The notes below the pieces were generated by a model. That model did no database searches. It had not been told where the DNA came from and was given only the letters and a program-made list of their open reading frames with translations. A DNA stretch of 64,000 nt, from contig CP084167.1 in NCBI GenBank assembly GCA_021513715.1, forward strand, positions 992,001 through 1,056,000, written 5' to 3'. Source of the stretch: Candidatus Heimdallarchaeum endolithica. GTDB taxonomy: Archaea > Asgardarchaeota > Heimdallarchaeia > Heimdallarchaeales > Heimdallarchaeaceae. Positions 31,501 to 42,158 of the stretch are shown here, piece after piece; the stretch's first letter is position 1, and each line of letters starts with the position of its first letter. Position numbers and translations under genes: made by a program.

Positions 31501-32415
31501 ATGTCAAATTTTGTAGAATCTTCTGAACATCCTTTAAGTATTGAAGGTCTAAAATCTAGATTAGTAATTGGAATAGCAGCTATTTTAGCTGGTTTTGTGC
31601 AGTTAATAGTAATTATTTTTGGCCCTTTATTTGGTAAAAACATTATCCAATATCATTTCTCTGATAGCTCTTTAATTCAATTGTATGGACAAGAAATAGT
31701 TAGTTTGATCCTAGTAGTTCCTGCACTTATTATTGGTGGTATATTGTGGATAATGAGAAATGATATATCCACCTATCTTCTTGCTTTTTCTTCTGGAAAT
31801 ATTATTTACAATGGTTTAACTTACGGTCTATTCAGTGATTTTGCTATTCCAGGAAACAGTGAGCGATTTTCATTGTTATTCATATTTCTAATAAACGTAG
31901 GTCTTATCCTCGTTGTTACAAGTTACAGAGCTTTCAATCAAAAGAAAATCGATTACAACCAAATAAAAAGAAAGCAGATAACTATAATCATCATTGCTTT
32001 CGGAACAATTTTAACTCTCTTCCTGCTTCTTTGGTTAAAACAGGTTTTTGAGGTTACTATTATTGGTACAACGAACCCCTCTAGTATTTATGAAGATAAC
32101 AAAAACGGTTTCTGGCTCATCAAATTCCTTGACCTAGGAATAGCTATTCCTTTAGGTTTTTATTCTACTTACTTACTATGGAAAAGATCTAGCAAAAGCT
32201 TTCCTCTAGTAATACTACTGTACAGTTTCTTTGCTTCAATGATTGCAGCAGTTTTTGGAATGTTAATTACTCAATTTGTATTCAATGATCAAAGCATAAC
32301 TTTTGGAAATGGAGTGATTTTTGGTCTTCTAACTGTTGTTACTTGGATTGTTTACATTAAACTAATTATAATCAGACAATCAGCAATAAAAAAGAAAAAG
32401 GAGAACTCTTTATAA
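31501..32415 (+). CDS. Multi-pass membrane protein
   Basis: About 8 TM segments. Confidence 0.8.
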   Translation: MSNFVESSEHPLSIEGLKSRLVIGIAAILAGFVQLIVIIFGPLFGKNIIQYHFSDSSLIQLYGQEIVSLILVVPALIIGGILWIMRNDISTYLLAFSSGNIIYNGLTYGLFSDFAIPGNSERFSLLFIFLINVGLILVVTSYRAFNQKKIDYNQIKRKQITIIIIAFGTILTLFLLLWLKQVFEVTIIGTTNPSSIYEDNKNGFWLIKFLDLGIAIPLGFYSTYLLWKRSSKSFPLVILLYSFFASMIAAVFGMLITQFVFNDQSITFGNGVIFGLLTVVTWIVYIKLIIIRQSAIKKKKENSL

Positions 32416-32759
32416 TTTAAGAAAAAAATCAATTGTTCTATTTATTGTAAATTCAACTCTTTTTTCTTTTTTCTTCTAACCATTAAAAGTACAATACTTA
32501 GTGTTGCAAAAAAACCTAAATAGACCATCAACTCAAGAGCTGTTGGTTTATCTTGATAACCAAATAACGATCTTAAGAATCGCCCTATTTCTGTATTTTT
32601 ATCATCTATTAATCCACTATTATCCTATAACTGTTTTTTTACGTAAATTTGTAGAAATTGAGAGAAAATTGAATAAAAAAAAGAAAAAGAAAAGAAGGAA
32701 AGGAGAAGAGTAAAAAGGAAGATGAAAATTAGTGCTCATAACGATGATATTAGCTTAAT

Positions 32760-33347
32760 CTACCTACTAGCGAATAACATCACTATAAACGAAGAAAAGA
32801 TTCCTATAATAGAAAGAATCAAAAAACACATTATTATTCTGAAGAGAAGGTTAAAATTTAAAACTAGATATAAATCAGGCAACTTATTTTCTGCATAAAT
32901 CAAACCACAGATTAAACCTGTAAAGAGACCAAGCAATATATTCTCAATAAGAGGTTTACAGATAAATTTGATATAGTTTTTTCGCAATTTTTTCTCAGAA
33001 TAACCTCTTGCTCCCAATTGGTTTAATTCAGGAGTTATTATTCTAACAGTTATTCGGCTATAGATTATTATAGTTAATGGAAGAAAAAATAAAGCAAATA
33101 TGAGCTCAAAAAAGATAAAAAACTCCTCAACATTATAATTTAAATCAAGAATTTCATTTACATCTGCTTTTGTAAATATTCGCACATTTGCTTTAGATAT
33201 ATTTAAATTTTTGAGTAAGGATTCAATTGCTTTTTCTATTGCTACATTACTCTGCTCTAGAATTTCATCTTCTTCCTCAAATATATTTATGCCAAATGAG
33301 TCAATTTTTAACAATTTACAATATTCTTGCGATGAATCTATTAGCAT
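32760..33347 (-). pseudogene. C-terminal fragment of FtsX-like ABC permease
   Basis: ELNQLGARGYS motif between TM helices; frame closed by a stop near 33435. Confidence 0.6.
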
Positions 33348-33506
33348 GCCATCAAGTTCAAAAGCTTCATCAAATCTAGGAACGATCCTAGCTACTCCTG
33401 CACTCTCAAGAAAGATTTTTTTCCATCTTTCTTAATGAGAATGATGTCGTATGGAGTTAGATTTACAAACTCTATTCGTTTCTTTTCTTGTTCAGACACT
33501 ATTTAT

Positions 33507-34766
33507 TCACTTTTTGCTTGTTTGTTTTTCATTATATGTTACTACTATTTCTTCTTTTCCTATTATTTTTATTCTTTTTTTTAGCTCAAATTGCGATATA
33601 TCCCTCTTTAGCTGCTCTACTTGCCATTTTTCTAATAATGTTACCAAAAAAATCATTGAATGCATTCCACCAATCTGGTTTGCTCTGTGAAGAACTTCAA
33701 ACAGTTTTAATTTAATCAAACCTATTGATCTACTTGTTGTAACTGAAACTACTGTTAAATTGAATCCTTCGCTTATTACTACATCTATTTCTGCTTTTCT
33801 CCCTTTATGTTTAAAAACTACATTTTTATATAATCTTGCTTTCATATTGTAGGTAGATAAAAAAAGATTAAAGCAAAAGTCTTCTAACCAAACTCCTCTT
33901 AAATATTCAACAAGATTAAGAATTTCTTTTTTCCTGTTATTTTCAATAAGGTTATCTACTAGCTTTTTTAAATTCAGATCACTAATTATTTCAAAGAATG
34001 ATGACAAAAGTTCAGAATTTGTTTCATTAAGATTAAAAAATTGCTTAACATTTTCTTTCTTTCTAATTTCATTTTCTATTTGCTGTAATACTTTATCCTT
34101 TGTAATCGTTATATAACCACTGAGTAGCTTTTCAGTTAGTTCTTTTTTTCCTAAAAGATCTTCAGCAATATTGTTATTTATCTGAACAATCTCTATATTA
34201 TGCAATTTTGAGAAAATGTGTAAATCTATATCGATTATATCACTTAATTTTTTATTTTCAGGTAAACTTACACTTTCTTCCAAACTTAATATTCCTTGAT
34301 GATTCCTAATTTTCTTAATTATAATTTTGTCTAGTTCTGCACTTAAATTTGTTAAACAAACTTCTTTGTAGTTTAAGAGAGAAATAAGAGTATCAATTAC
34401 CATATTCTTTGTACCACTCGTAAATAAGAAAAAAATTTCAGTATAATAATTTAGAGAGTTTAAAACTTGTTCTACTTTTGCTTTAAATTTATTTAATATT
34501 ATTTTTTTCTCATCCACAACAATTCTGTTGAAATTTAAATTACTATTAACTGTTTCCTTGTTTAGAGTTTCAATAATATTTGTAGTAAATTGATTACTTT
34601 CTCTACTTTCAATAAAATAAACATCAATCTGTTCAAATTTTTTGTAATGAGAATCTGCAAAAAACTTCAACCCTATAAATACAGGTAAAGGGCTTCCTCC
34701 TACAGTTGCAAAAATAACCAGTTTACTTCTGGATTTTTTATTTTCATTTTTCTTGTTAATCATCAA
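33507..34766 (-). CDS. CARF plus PD-D/ExK nuclease effector (Card1/Can2, DUF1887-like)
   Basis: TVGGSPLP and FTSGTK CARF motifs; GVWLE, EIDVV, VSVTTS nuclease motifs. Confidence 0.8.
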   Translation of the reverse strand: MMINKKNENKKSRSKLVIFATVGGSPLPVFIGLKFFADSHYKKFEQIDVYFIESRESNQFTTNIIETLNKETVNSNLNFNRIVVDEKKIILNKFKAKVEQVLNSLNYYTEIFFLFTSGTKNMVIDTLISLLNYKEVCLTNLSAELDKIIIKKIRNHQGILSLEESVSLPENKKLSDIIDIDLHIFSKLHNIEIVQINNNIAEDLLGKKELTEKLLSGYITITKDKVLQQIENEIRKKENVKQFFNLNETNSELLSSFFEIISDLNLKKLVDNLIENNRKKEILNLVEYLRGVWLEDFCFNLFLSTYNMKARLYKNVVFKHKGRKAEIDVVISEGFNLTVVSVTTSRSIGLIKLKLFEVLHRANQIGGMHSMIFLVTLLEKWQVEQLKRDISQFELKKRIKIIGKEEIVVTYNEKQTSKK

Positions 34767-34897
34767 GCATAGTTAGTTTATTTCTTTATAATTTCTTCTT
34801 CATTTTCTATTTCATAGACTCTTCTTTTTTTAATTTTATTTATTTTATCTTTCTATTTTCTAAAAACTTTTATTCTCATCTTTTTTCTCTATCAAGA

Positions 34898-35656
34898 ATG
34901 AGTTTAGACTTGCAAGACTTTCAACGTTTGGTTATTAGAGTTAAGTTGGATAAGGCTGTTTCTTATTCTAGCTTATTTAATAAATCCTCTTTAAATTATT
35001 GGTCTAACTTTTTGCAATTGGACTTAAGTAGAAATAGAATTATTTCTTCATTTTTTATTCCTGAAAAAAACAATTTCTCCTTTTATATTAACAATAAATC
35101 TACGCAATCTTTTGATCTCAATATTACCTATTCTAATCTAAAGATTCAACAATCTTTTATTGAAAATATTCTTCTGGAGACCAACGAATTCTTTTTTTCT
35201 TCCTTCAATATTTCTATTGAGAACTTGTTTGTTCATAGAATTCCTTCTTTACAAAAAATTTCATCTTTAGATAACACTTATGTTTCCTTCTATTTTACTA
35301 ATCCTACATTTATCCTTTCTTATGATGGAGCTAACAAACGGTATGCTCTTCCTACTCTTTCTTCAATTATTGAATCTCTTGAAACAAGACTTAATGAATT
35401 TCATTCTGAATCTGTTCTTTCCTCTATTATTACACAAATTGATTTATCTTCTTTGGATTATTCAATAAGCTCATACAATCTTAAAAGCTTAAATATCGAT
35501 GAATTGGGTGTGGGTTGTTTAGGTCAGGTTACTTTCTTTTTTACTCATATACCTAAAGAACTTCACTATTTATTCTATTTAGTTAATGTTTTTGGACTTG
35601 GAGCATATTTTGAAAGAGGATTAGGATGGGTTAATGTTAAAACAAAGGGAGAATAG
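34898..35656 (+). CDS. cas6: Divergent Cas6-family protein
   Basis: FTNPT and terminal G-rich loop FGLGAYFERGLGWV. Confidence 0.7.
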   Translation: MSLDLQDFQRLVIRVKLDKAVSYSSLFNKSSLNYWSNFLQLDLSRNRIISSFFIPEKNNFSFYINNKSTQSFDLNITYSNLKIQQSFIENILLETNEFFFSSFNISIENLFVHRIPSLQKISSLDNTYVSFYFTNPTFILSYDGANKRYALPTLSSIIESLETRLNEFHSESVLSSIITQIDLSSLDYSISSYNLKSLNIDELGVGCLGQVTFFFTHIPKELHYLFYLVNVFGLGAYFERGLGWVNVKTKGE

Positions 35657-35662
35657 TTTCTT

Positions 35663-38293
35663 TTATTCATATTCTGACAATTTCTTTGAGTTATATAACA
35701 ATGGTATATTTAAACCTCCATTTTTGCTATAAAATGGGTCATCTAGTTCTTTTACATAACCTAATATTTCTCCTTCTTCCTCAGAGCTTATGATAAACAA
35801 CTTATAATGGTCTGAAATTTTTTCTTTAAGCATTTTCTTCTGCTTTTTAGTTAGCGAAATAGCTTTTGTTCTGTATTCATAAAGATAAGCCTTTCCCCTA
35901 CTTGAATCTACTCTTTTTAACAAAGATTGATACTCTTTTGATGAATCTAAAATTATTAAGGTTTCATTTTCTTTTTCTTCTATTAACTTAAATGTCTCTG
36001 TCAGGTTCTCTATTTCTGTGTTGTTAAGTTCATCTACACCTAAGTTTGTTGCTTTTTTTTCTCCTATAAGTGTTAATTTATCATAATATTCATTGATTAT
36101 TTTATTTATCTCATTTTCTTCTATCTTGTCATATTTTTCTAGAACCTTTCTTGTTTCCCAGATCATTGTAGTGTCGTAAATCATTTTGTAGTAAGCTGCG
36201 TTCTCTGTCCCTGGTTTAACTAATTCAACTATTTTAACCACACCTTTTTCTTTATTATATCTATTACATCTTCCTGCTACTTGAATTAGAGAATCTAATG
36301 GCGCCATATCTCTGAAAACAACGTCAAAAGTCACATCTATTCCAGCTTCTATTACTTGAGTACAGACTAAAATTCTTTTTTTCTCTTTTTCTTTCAGTTT
36401 TTCTATTACCATTTTCCTATCTTTATGAGTTACAACTGAAGAAAGGAAGTATATTGGCTCTTTAGGAAATTTTTCAATAAGATAGTCAAACAATAATCTT
36501 GCGCTCTCTTTAGTGTTCAAAACAAACATTACTGACTTTTCCTTATTTTGTATTAAGAATTCTACAGCTTCTTTACCAAATTCTACCAGATCTTTTCTCA
36601 TTTTTGAGTAGTAAATAGTATATCTATCAATGTTTGCCTTTTTTTCATTAAATTTTATTTCGTATAATTTTCCTTTATATTTATTCCATTCGTAAGGATA
36701 GCTAATAGCTTTTGGATTCGTTGCACTACCCAGTATAACTTTACAGCCTAAAATTTCTGTTAACTGATGGATTAGTGTTGAGATTAATTGCCAGTATTTT
36801 ATTGGAATACTTTGTATTTCATCAAAAATTATTATGGACCCTGCAATTCTATGAAACCTCAGTAAATTTCTTTTCTTTCCTCCTAGCAATGAGTTCCAAA
36901 AAGAGACAAAAGTTGTTACTATGATATTAGAGTTCCATAGATAAATATAATCTCTGTAAGATTTAATGTTATACTCATCCTTTTCTTCATTTTCAGAGAA
37001 ATAGCTCCACTCTGCTTCTGCTAAGTGGTGATGAATTGTAAGCAAGTCTGATTGTTTAATTTTCTTTTCCTCAAGGAGAATATTCCTTAAAGTTTCACCT
37101 ACTTGGTCAGTAATTGAAATAAATGGTAAACAGTATATAATTCTAGGAATAACTTGTGATTTTTCATATATTTTATGTCTTAAATTAAACGCTAAATTGA
37201 GAAAAGCTAGCGTTTTTCCTGAACCAGTAGGATAAGTCACAGAAATGATATTTTCTTCTTGTAACTTTTCTAAAGCTTCACTAGATTTTTCCCACAGTTT
37301 TTGCTTTAGTTTCAATAACTCATCTTCAGTTTTTTCATCTATTGGAGCAAAGTTCTTTTTTCTATATTCTTCTATTATTGTTCTTTCTAGCTTTATTTTC
37401 TTGTTTTCAAAATTCATAAAGTGTTCTTCGCTATCTTCAATATGTGATTTAGCATCCCATTCGTCAAGATCACACAATAGCGAATAATAATAGATAATTA
37501 AAAGAGTAAGTCTATTATCTGTGCAGACTTCGTCCCACAATTCTTCCATTTCATCAAAAACGAGCTCTATATCTTCTACATCGGTTAACTCTAGGATATT
37601 TGATATTGTTTCTTCGACAATTCCATCAAAACGTGGATTCTCTTCGAAAAACTTTACTATAAAGTCAAAAACAGGATTTTCTCTCTTAATATCTATTTCA
37701 TCTTTTGTTAATTTATTCTCCAGGTAATCTATTAGCTCTGAATCTAGGTAGCTATCAAAGTATCTTTTATTAATTTCAGTTATGATCTCTGCAAGGTCTT
37801 CATAAGTTAAATTTGTCCCGTATTTTCTTATTGAAGAGTTTATTGTGTTTGGTAATTTTCCTAAATTATGATGATTAAATATTGCAAAAGTTATTGATAC
37901 AAGGTGCAAATTAAACTCTTTTTCATCTATCTCATTTTCTTGGTATATATCTCTAGCTTTTAGGCCTAATAACCAACAAAAAAGTCCGCCAAGTTGTGAG
38001 TGATAGGTCAAAGTTCTCTTTTTATCAGGATATTTAATTTTCCTTAGTTTATCTTGGAAAAAAGGATTAATCTTTCCGAAGTCATGAGAGAGTATTAGAT
38101 TATTTATAAAGAATGATTCAATTTGAGAAAGGTTGGAACTCTCTATTTTTTGCCTAAATAAAGTAAAGTTCTTTTTGTTTAATTTGTTTGCTTCTTTTAG
38201 CATATTAGATATGTGCCTGCTTAATCTTTGTTTGGGTCTAGCTAAAAGAGTAAACCCTACATTCTCTGTATTATTAATTGCATGCTTAGACAC
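35663..38293 (-). CDS. cas3: Cas3 HD nuclease-helicase
   Basis: HDFGK, HH, PTGSGKT, DEIQ, SAT, TQVIEAGID, QVAGRCNR. Confidence 0.97.
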   Translation of the reverse strand: MSKHAINNTENVGFTLLARPKQRLSRHISNMLKEANKLNKKNFTLFRQKIESSNLSQIESFFINNLILSHDFGKINPFFQDKLRKIKYPDKKRTLTYHSQLGGLFCWLLGLKARDIYQENEIDEKEFNLHLVSITFAIFNHHNLGKLPNTINSSIRKYGTNLTYEDLAEIITEINKRYFDSYLDSELIDYLENKLTKDEIDIKRENPVFDFIVKFFEENPRFDGIVEETISNILELTDVEDIELVFDEMEELWDEVCTDNRLTLLIIYYYSLLCDLDEWDAKSHIEDSEEHFMNFENKKIKLERTIIEEYRKKNFAPIDEKTEDELLKLKQKLWEKSSEALEKLQEENIISVTYPTGSGKTLAFLNLAFNLRHKIYEKSQVIPRIIYCLPFISITDQVGETLRNILLEEKKIKQSDLLTIHHHLAEAEWSYFSENEEKDEYNIKSYRDYIYLWNSNIIVTTFVSFWNSLLGGKKRNLLRFHRIAGSIIIFDEIQSIPIKYWQLISTLIHQLTEILGCKVILGSATNPKAISYPYEWNKYKGKLYEIKFNEKKANIDRYTIYYSKMRKDLVEFGKEAVEFLIQNKEKSVMFVLNTKESARLLFDYLIEKFPKEPIYFLSSVVTHKDRKMVIEKLKEKEKKRILVCTQVIEAGIDVTFDVVFRDMAPLDSLIQVAGRCNRYNKEKGVVKIVELVKPGTENAAYYKMIYDTTMIWETRKVLEKYDKIEENEINKIINEYYDKLTLIGEKKATNLGVDELNNTEIENLTETFKLIEEKENETLIILDSSKEYQSLLKRVDSSRGKAYLYEYRTKAISLTKKQKKMLKEKISDHYKLFIISSEEEGEILGYVKELDDPFYSKNGGLNIPLLYNSKKLSEYE

Positions 38294-38315
38294 TTTTTTC
38301 TCACATCAACTATGT

Positions 38316-39113
38316 TTACTGACCAATAAAAGATACGAAAACTTCTTTTTCATCCATTTTCAGTTTAAAAACTTGTTTTGCATTGCAAGAAACTTTCAGT
38401 TTTTTGTTTTTAACATTAAAGATTACATGTTCTGCCTTTTTCAGGACTATTCTATCATTTTTGTAGCTTAATGAAACAGGAATGTTAAACAATATTGAGT
38501 AACCTAGGTCCTCAATTTTCATTATTTTCTCGTTTACAGCTTGAACTGGAACAATAGTGTCTAAGTCATATATTCCTTCATCTAGAGGTTTGTAAGCGTA
38601 TTTTCCTTTTAGCTTAATTTCAGCTAGTAAATTAGCATGACCTAAATATGGAGGGTAACAATATTTGTGCTCTTTTAATCTATTGTATAATTTTTCCATC
38701 AGTTTTTCATCTTCAGAAGTGAAAAAGATTCTATAAGCTACATTTCTAAGCATGTTTAGATTGACAGGGGCAGAAAATCCTCTTTGATCCTTTGATTTTA
38801 CTTCATATGGGTCTTTTGCTAGTATAATTTTTATTCCTGAGGCTAGACTCATTGGATATTTTGTTTGTAAGTAGTTAACTTTTATTTTTGTTCTCCATAT
38901 TGGGTTAAGGATTTGTATAGCTATTTTAGCAGAAGACAAAGGGTGATTTTCCCAGTACTCATTACGTGGTAAACCCATTATTCCTGCTATTAAACCTATT
39001 ACTGCAGTCCTAGGTGGAAAAGGATAAGAGATATTCTCTCTCGTGGTATCAAAAGCTCTAAAGTGAGCAAATTCTCCTAGAATGTCGAAAGTAATTAGTT
39101 CATCCATTCTCAT
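38316..39113 (-). CDS. cas5: Type I-B Cas5
   Basis: GEFAHFR, SYPFPPRTAVIGLIAGIMG, PYLG. Confidence 0.95.
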   Translation of the reverse strand: MRMDELITFDILGEFAHFRAFDTTRENISYPFPPRTAVIGLIAGIMGLPRNEYWENHPLSSAKIAIQILNPIWRTKIKVNYLQTKYPMSLASGIKIILAKDPYEVKSKDQRGFSAPVNLNMLRNVAYRIFFTSEDEKLMEKLYNRLKEHKYCYPPYLGHANLLAEIKLKGKYAYKPLDEGIYDLDTIVPVQAVNEKIMKIEDLGYSILFNIPVSLSYKNDRIVLKKAEHVIFNVKNKKLKVSCNAKQVFKLKMDEKEVFVSFIGQ

Positions 39114-39124
39114 TCCCTGTTAGA

Positions 39125-40111
39125 TTATATTTCTTCTAATTGAATGCCTATTTTACTAATAAGATCTGCAAATGAAGAATATTCTTCACCTTTGTATAAG
39201 TAAGTTAATTCTTTCGTCTCCTTGAATTCTATTTTGAGTATCTTGTCTTTGTAGGACTGTAAAATCTCCATGAGTTCATCTACTACAACTTTAGCATCTT
39301 CACAAGAGAGGATATTTTCTTCGTCTTTTAGTTTTATTTTAGTATCTAATCCGCCAATTTGGAATTCATTTTCTTTTGATACAACTGCAAATAGTAGTCT
39401 TGGATTATGATTAAACTTAGAACGAGTATTGAGTTTTTTCGTTCCCATCCATAAACCTTCATACACATTTTTCAGATCTTCTTCGCTAAACTGTGTTTTT
39501 TTGCTATTATATTCACAAGCAATACCATGGAACATTATTAATGAATAATCAACATAGTGAAATTGACCCATTCCTCCAGCTCCTTGTTCTCCAGTAGAAG
39601 ACAAAACAGTAGTTAATCCCATTGTTACAATTTCTGGCTTGTTTAGTGATTTGCCTATTCCAAATTGTACAGGTCCTGTAATTGAAATATTTGCATTTTT
39701 AAAGGTAACAGCTGCACCAAAAGTTCTAACATCTATGTATTTTTCTGGTAATCTATTTTGCAACTCATCTCTTGAAACTTTATCTACATCACTAATTTCC
39801 AGTTCTTTTGTTACTATATCTTGTAAATTCATAACTGTTTTTTTATCATCTTTTAGTACACGTTTAATAAGCACTTGTTTGCTCTGAGACAACCAATAGT
39901 CCCTTATCGTTCTTTTTAGCCTTAAATCTGTTACTAGATTATATCCTTGTTCATCCATTCTGGGTCTGTTCCCATCATCAGGATCACCATTTGGATTTGC
40001 TCGAATAACATCATACACAAAGATTATTTCCCTTCTATTATTCAATAACACATTTTTCACCTCATTTTCTATTTTATTCTTCTGATTCATTTTCTTCTTC
40101 AGATTCCACAT
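39125..40111 (-). CDS. cas7: Type I-B Cas7 (Csh2)
   Basis: ANPNGDPD...NRPR, TDLRLKRTIRDY, DVRTFG, ITGPVQF. Confidence 0.95.
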   Translation of the reverse strand: MWNLKKKMNQKNKIENEVKNVLLNNRREIIFVYDVIRANPNGDPDDGNRPRMDEQGYNLVTDLRLKRTIRDYWLSQSKQVLIKRVLKDDKKTVMNLQDIVTKELEISDVDKVSRDELQNRLPEKYIDVRTFGAAVTFKNANISITGPVQFGIGKSLNKPEIVTMGLTTVLSSTGEQGAGGMGQFHYVDYSLIMFHGIACEYNSKKTQFSEEDLKNVYEGLWMGTKKLNTRSKFNHNPRLLFAVVSKENEFQIGGLDTKIKLKDEENILSCEDAKVVVDELMEILQSYKDKILKIEFKETKELTYLYKGEEYSSFADLISKIGIQLEEI

Positions 40112-40490
40112 AGAAAGTGAAACCCATCATAAAAGCTAAAGAAAGCTCATAATGTGAACTTTCCCACTCATCTTTGCTTAAGAGATCGTTGAGTTTTTCC
40201 CATAGTCTAGCTTCAGTCTTTGATGTACTTTTATTCTTAGAAATCAAGCGTTTTACAACGCTATTGCACTTATCAGCTAATTTGTAGATTTGTTCATTGT
40301 CTAATCTCTTGGTAAGTACAGGAAGTTTTGTGTACAAACTTGTAGTTTTCAACTCTTTTTTCTCTTTATAAGCTAAAGAACTGTAATATTTCCCTATGAG
40401 GAAACTTATTTTTCTATCTGTTTTTTTAAAGAAATCTCTATTGAGATATTCTTCTATTTTAGCATAGTATTTTTCTGCTTTTTCAGACAT
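40074..40490 (-). CDS. cas11: Stand-alone Cas11-like small subunit (C-terminal domain of Cas8b)
   Basis: All-helical; SFLIG near the start and AFMMGF near the end as in Cas8b/Csh1 C-termini; between cas8b and cas7. Confidence 0.75.
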   Translation of the reverse strand: MSEKAEKYYAKIEEYLNRDFFKKTDRKISFLIGKYYSSLAYKEKKELKTTSLYTKLPVLTKRLDNEQIYKLADKCNSVVKRLISKNKSTSKTEARLWEKLNDLLSKDEWESSHYELSLAFMMGFTFYVESEEENESEE

Positions 40491-40493
40491 TTT

Positions 40494-42047
40494 TCACACC
40501 AAAACATTCATTTTTTCAAGTAAAGTAAGTGTATAATGAATAATTTCTTTCTTTTCAGAAACAAACCATTTAAGATACGAGGATTCATCACTCTTAATTA
40601 ATGAAGTCCTAAAAGTCTTCCATATTTTGTTGTAAGCTGCTTTATTAAGAGTTTTTCTTCTTATTTTTTTCTCATTGAAAAGAGATTGAATTATCAATCT
40701 GGCCGTTTTTTCTCCATAAACGTCGAATAAGTGTCTAAAGTTAAAGAGGATTGAATTTTTGTAATATTCATCTGTTTCGCTAAGATTTCTAACGATATTT
40801 TTTATTTGGTTTCTATCACCATAGATAAAATCTTCTACTACTTTTTTCGGATTTCCTGCAGCCATTACATCTTCATAGTAAAAATCAATTATTCCCAAAC
40901 TATTTTCTGAAGCTTGTTTAAGCAATTCTCTCAGATCAACGTCAGCAGAACCTGCTAATTCTCCTCCTTTCTTTAAATCTGTAAGTTGCTTTACATAATT
41001 TTTATATTGTCTTTTTTTCTCCTTTTTTTTACTTTTTTCTGTTTTTTCTATAGAAACTAGTAATTCTTCTATTTTACTTCTTAGAGTTTCTTTTTTTGAC
41101 TCATAGATTTTTCTCCTGTATTTACTAATGTTCTTGATAAAAGTTTGAATGGTTTCTATGTCAGAGCTTAAAGGAATAATGCTATGCTTGATATACTTGT
41201 ATTTTTTTTCTCCTAACTTTAATCTATAGGCTTCAAACTTTAGAGTAGAATCTAGTTCAGAATATCCTTGTCTAACTAGCAGTTCACAATCTTTGCATAT
41301 CATAGCTTGTTTGGCATTTTTATTAAACCCTAGTTGGAAATTTACTTGGTCAACAGAGAAAAACTTGAAGAAACTGCACTTCTCTAAAGGAAACAGTTCT
41401 TCTTTTTTTTCTCCACAAGCAATACAGACAACTTCGTCATCAGAAATTTTCTTTTTTCCTTTTGTTGCTGATTTTTGAAGAAGAAAAAGAGTTCTAAAAG
41501 CTTCAATTTCCCCAGGGTATTTTCCATTTAATTGAAAAACAATAAATTTAGGAGCATTTTTTGTAACTACTAACTGCTCTTTATCTTTTTCTTCTGTAAA
41601 TTCTTGAGTAATGCGTTTATACAATTCTTCACATATTTCTTCGATTTTCTGTTCCATAAGCTTAAAGAAGTCAAGAATTATTGGTTCATTTAATTTCTCA
41701 AGAAAAGAATTGTAGTCTGGAATTTTTTTGAAGTTTATGATCTCTCCAGGAGAAAGTTTAGAAAAATCCTTATCATTGCCTTTTTGATATTTAAGGGCAA
41801 ATAAAGGAGAATAATTACGAGAATTGCCAGATGTAACTCCAGGCAAATAAATGTCTATTTTATCTTGGCTTAGATCTTCTATTTCTATTGAAAAAGTGTT
41901 TTCTTCTAAATTTAAGTTACAAACGAAAATTGATGGAGACTTGGTCAACTTTTTTGCTTGTTCTTCTAGTATTATATCTAGTTCACTCTTTGTTCCTAAA
42001 GTAGCCAATCCAATGTTTCTTAATACACTTACTAACATTCTTTTCAC
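40494..42047 (-). CDS. cas8b: Type I-B Cas8b (Csh1/TM1802-like) lacking the C-terminal Cas11 domain
   Basis: GKYPGEIEAF, CIACG...FKFFSVDQVNF...ICKDC zinc finger. Confidence 0.85.
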   Translation of the reverse strand: MKRMLVSVLRNIGLATLGTKSELDIILEEQAKKLTKSPSIFVCNLNLEENTFSIEIEDLSQDKIDIYLPGVTSGNSRNYSPLFALKYQKGNDKDFSKLSPGEIINFKKIPDYNSFLEKLNEPIILDFFKLMEQKIEEICEELYKRITQEFTEEKDKEQLVVTKNAPKFIVFQLNGKYPGEIEAFRTLFLLQKSATKGKKKISDDEVVCIACGEKKEELFPLEKCSFFKFFSVDQVNFQLGFNKNAKQAMICKDCELLVRQGYSELDSTLKFEAYRLKLGEKKYKYIKHSIIPLSSDIETIQTFIKNISKYRRKIYESKKETLRSKIEELLVSIEKTEKSKKKEKKRQYKNYVKQLTDLKKGGELAGSADVDLRELLKQASENSLGIIDFYYEDVMAAGNPKKVVEDFIYGDRNQIKNIVRNLSETDEYYKNSILFNFRHLFDVYGEKTARLIIQSLFNEKKIRRKTLNKAAYNKIWKTFRTSLIKSDESSYLKWFVSEKKEIIHYTLTLLEKMNVLV

Positions 42048-42158
42048 GTTTGTTGTAATTATATGTTATCGTAACTTAAAACTAAAATTGACAATTTTAC
42101 TTATAATAAATTGCTTTTTTAGTAAAAAGTTATAGAAAAAAAAACAAAAAATATAACT

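Noticed and set aside
42052-42095. Degenerate repeat (GTTGTAATTA...AATTGACAAT) upstream of cas8b, CreA-like
   Set aside because: Wrong length, no internal hairpin, AT-rich chance similarity
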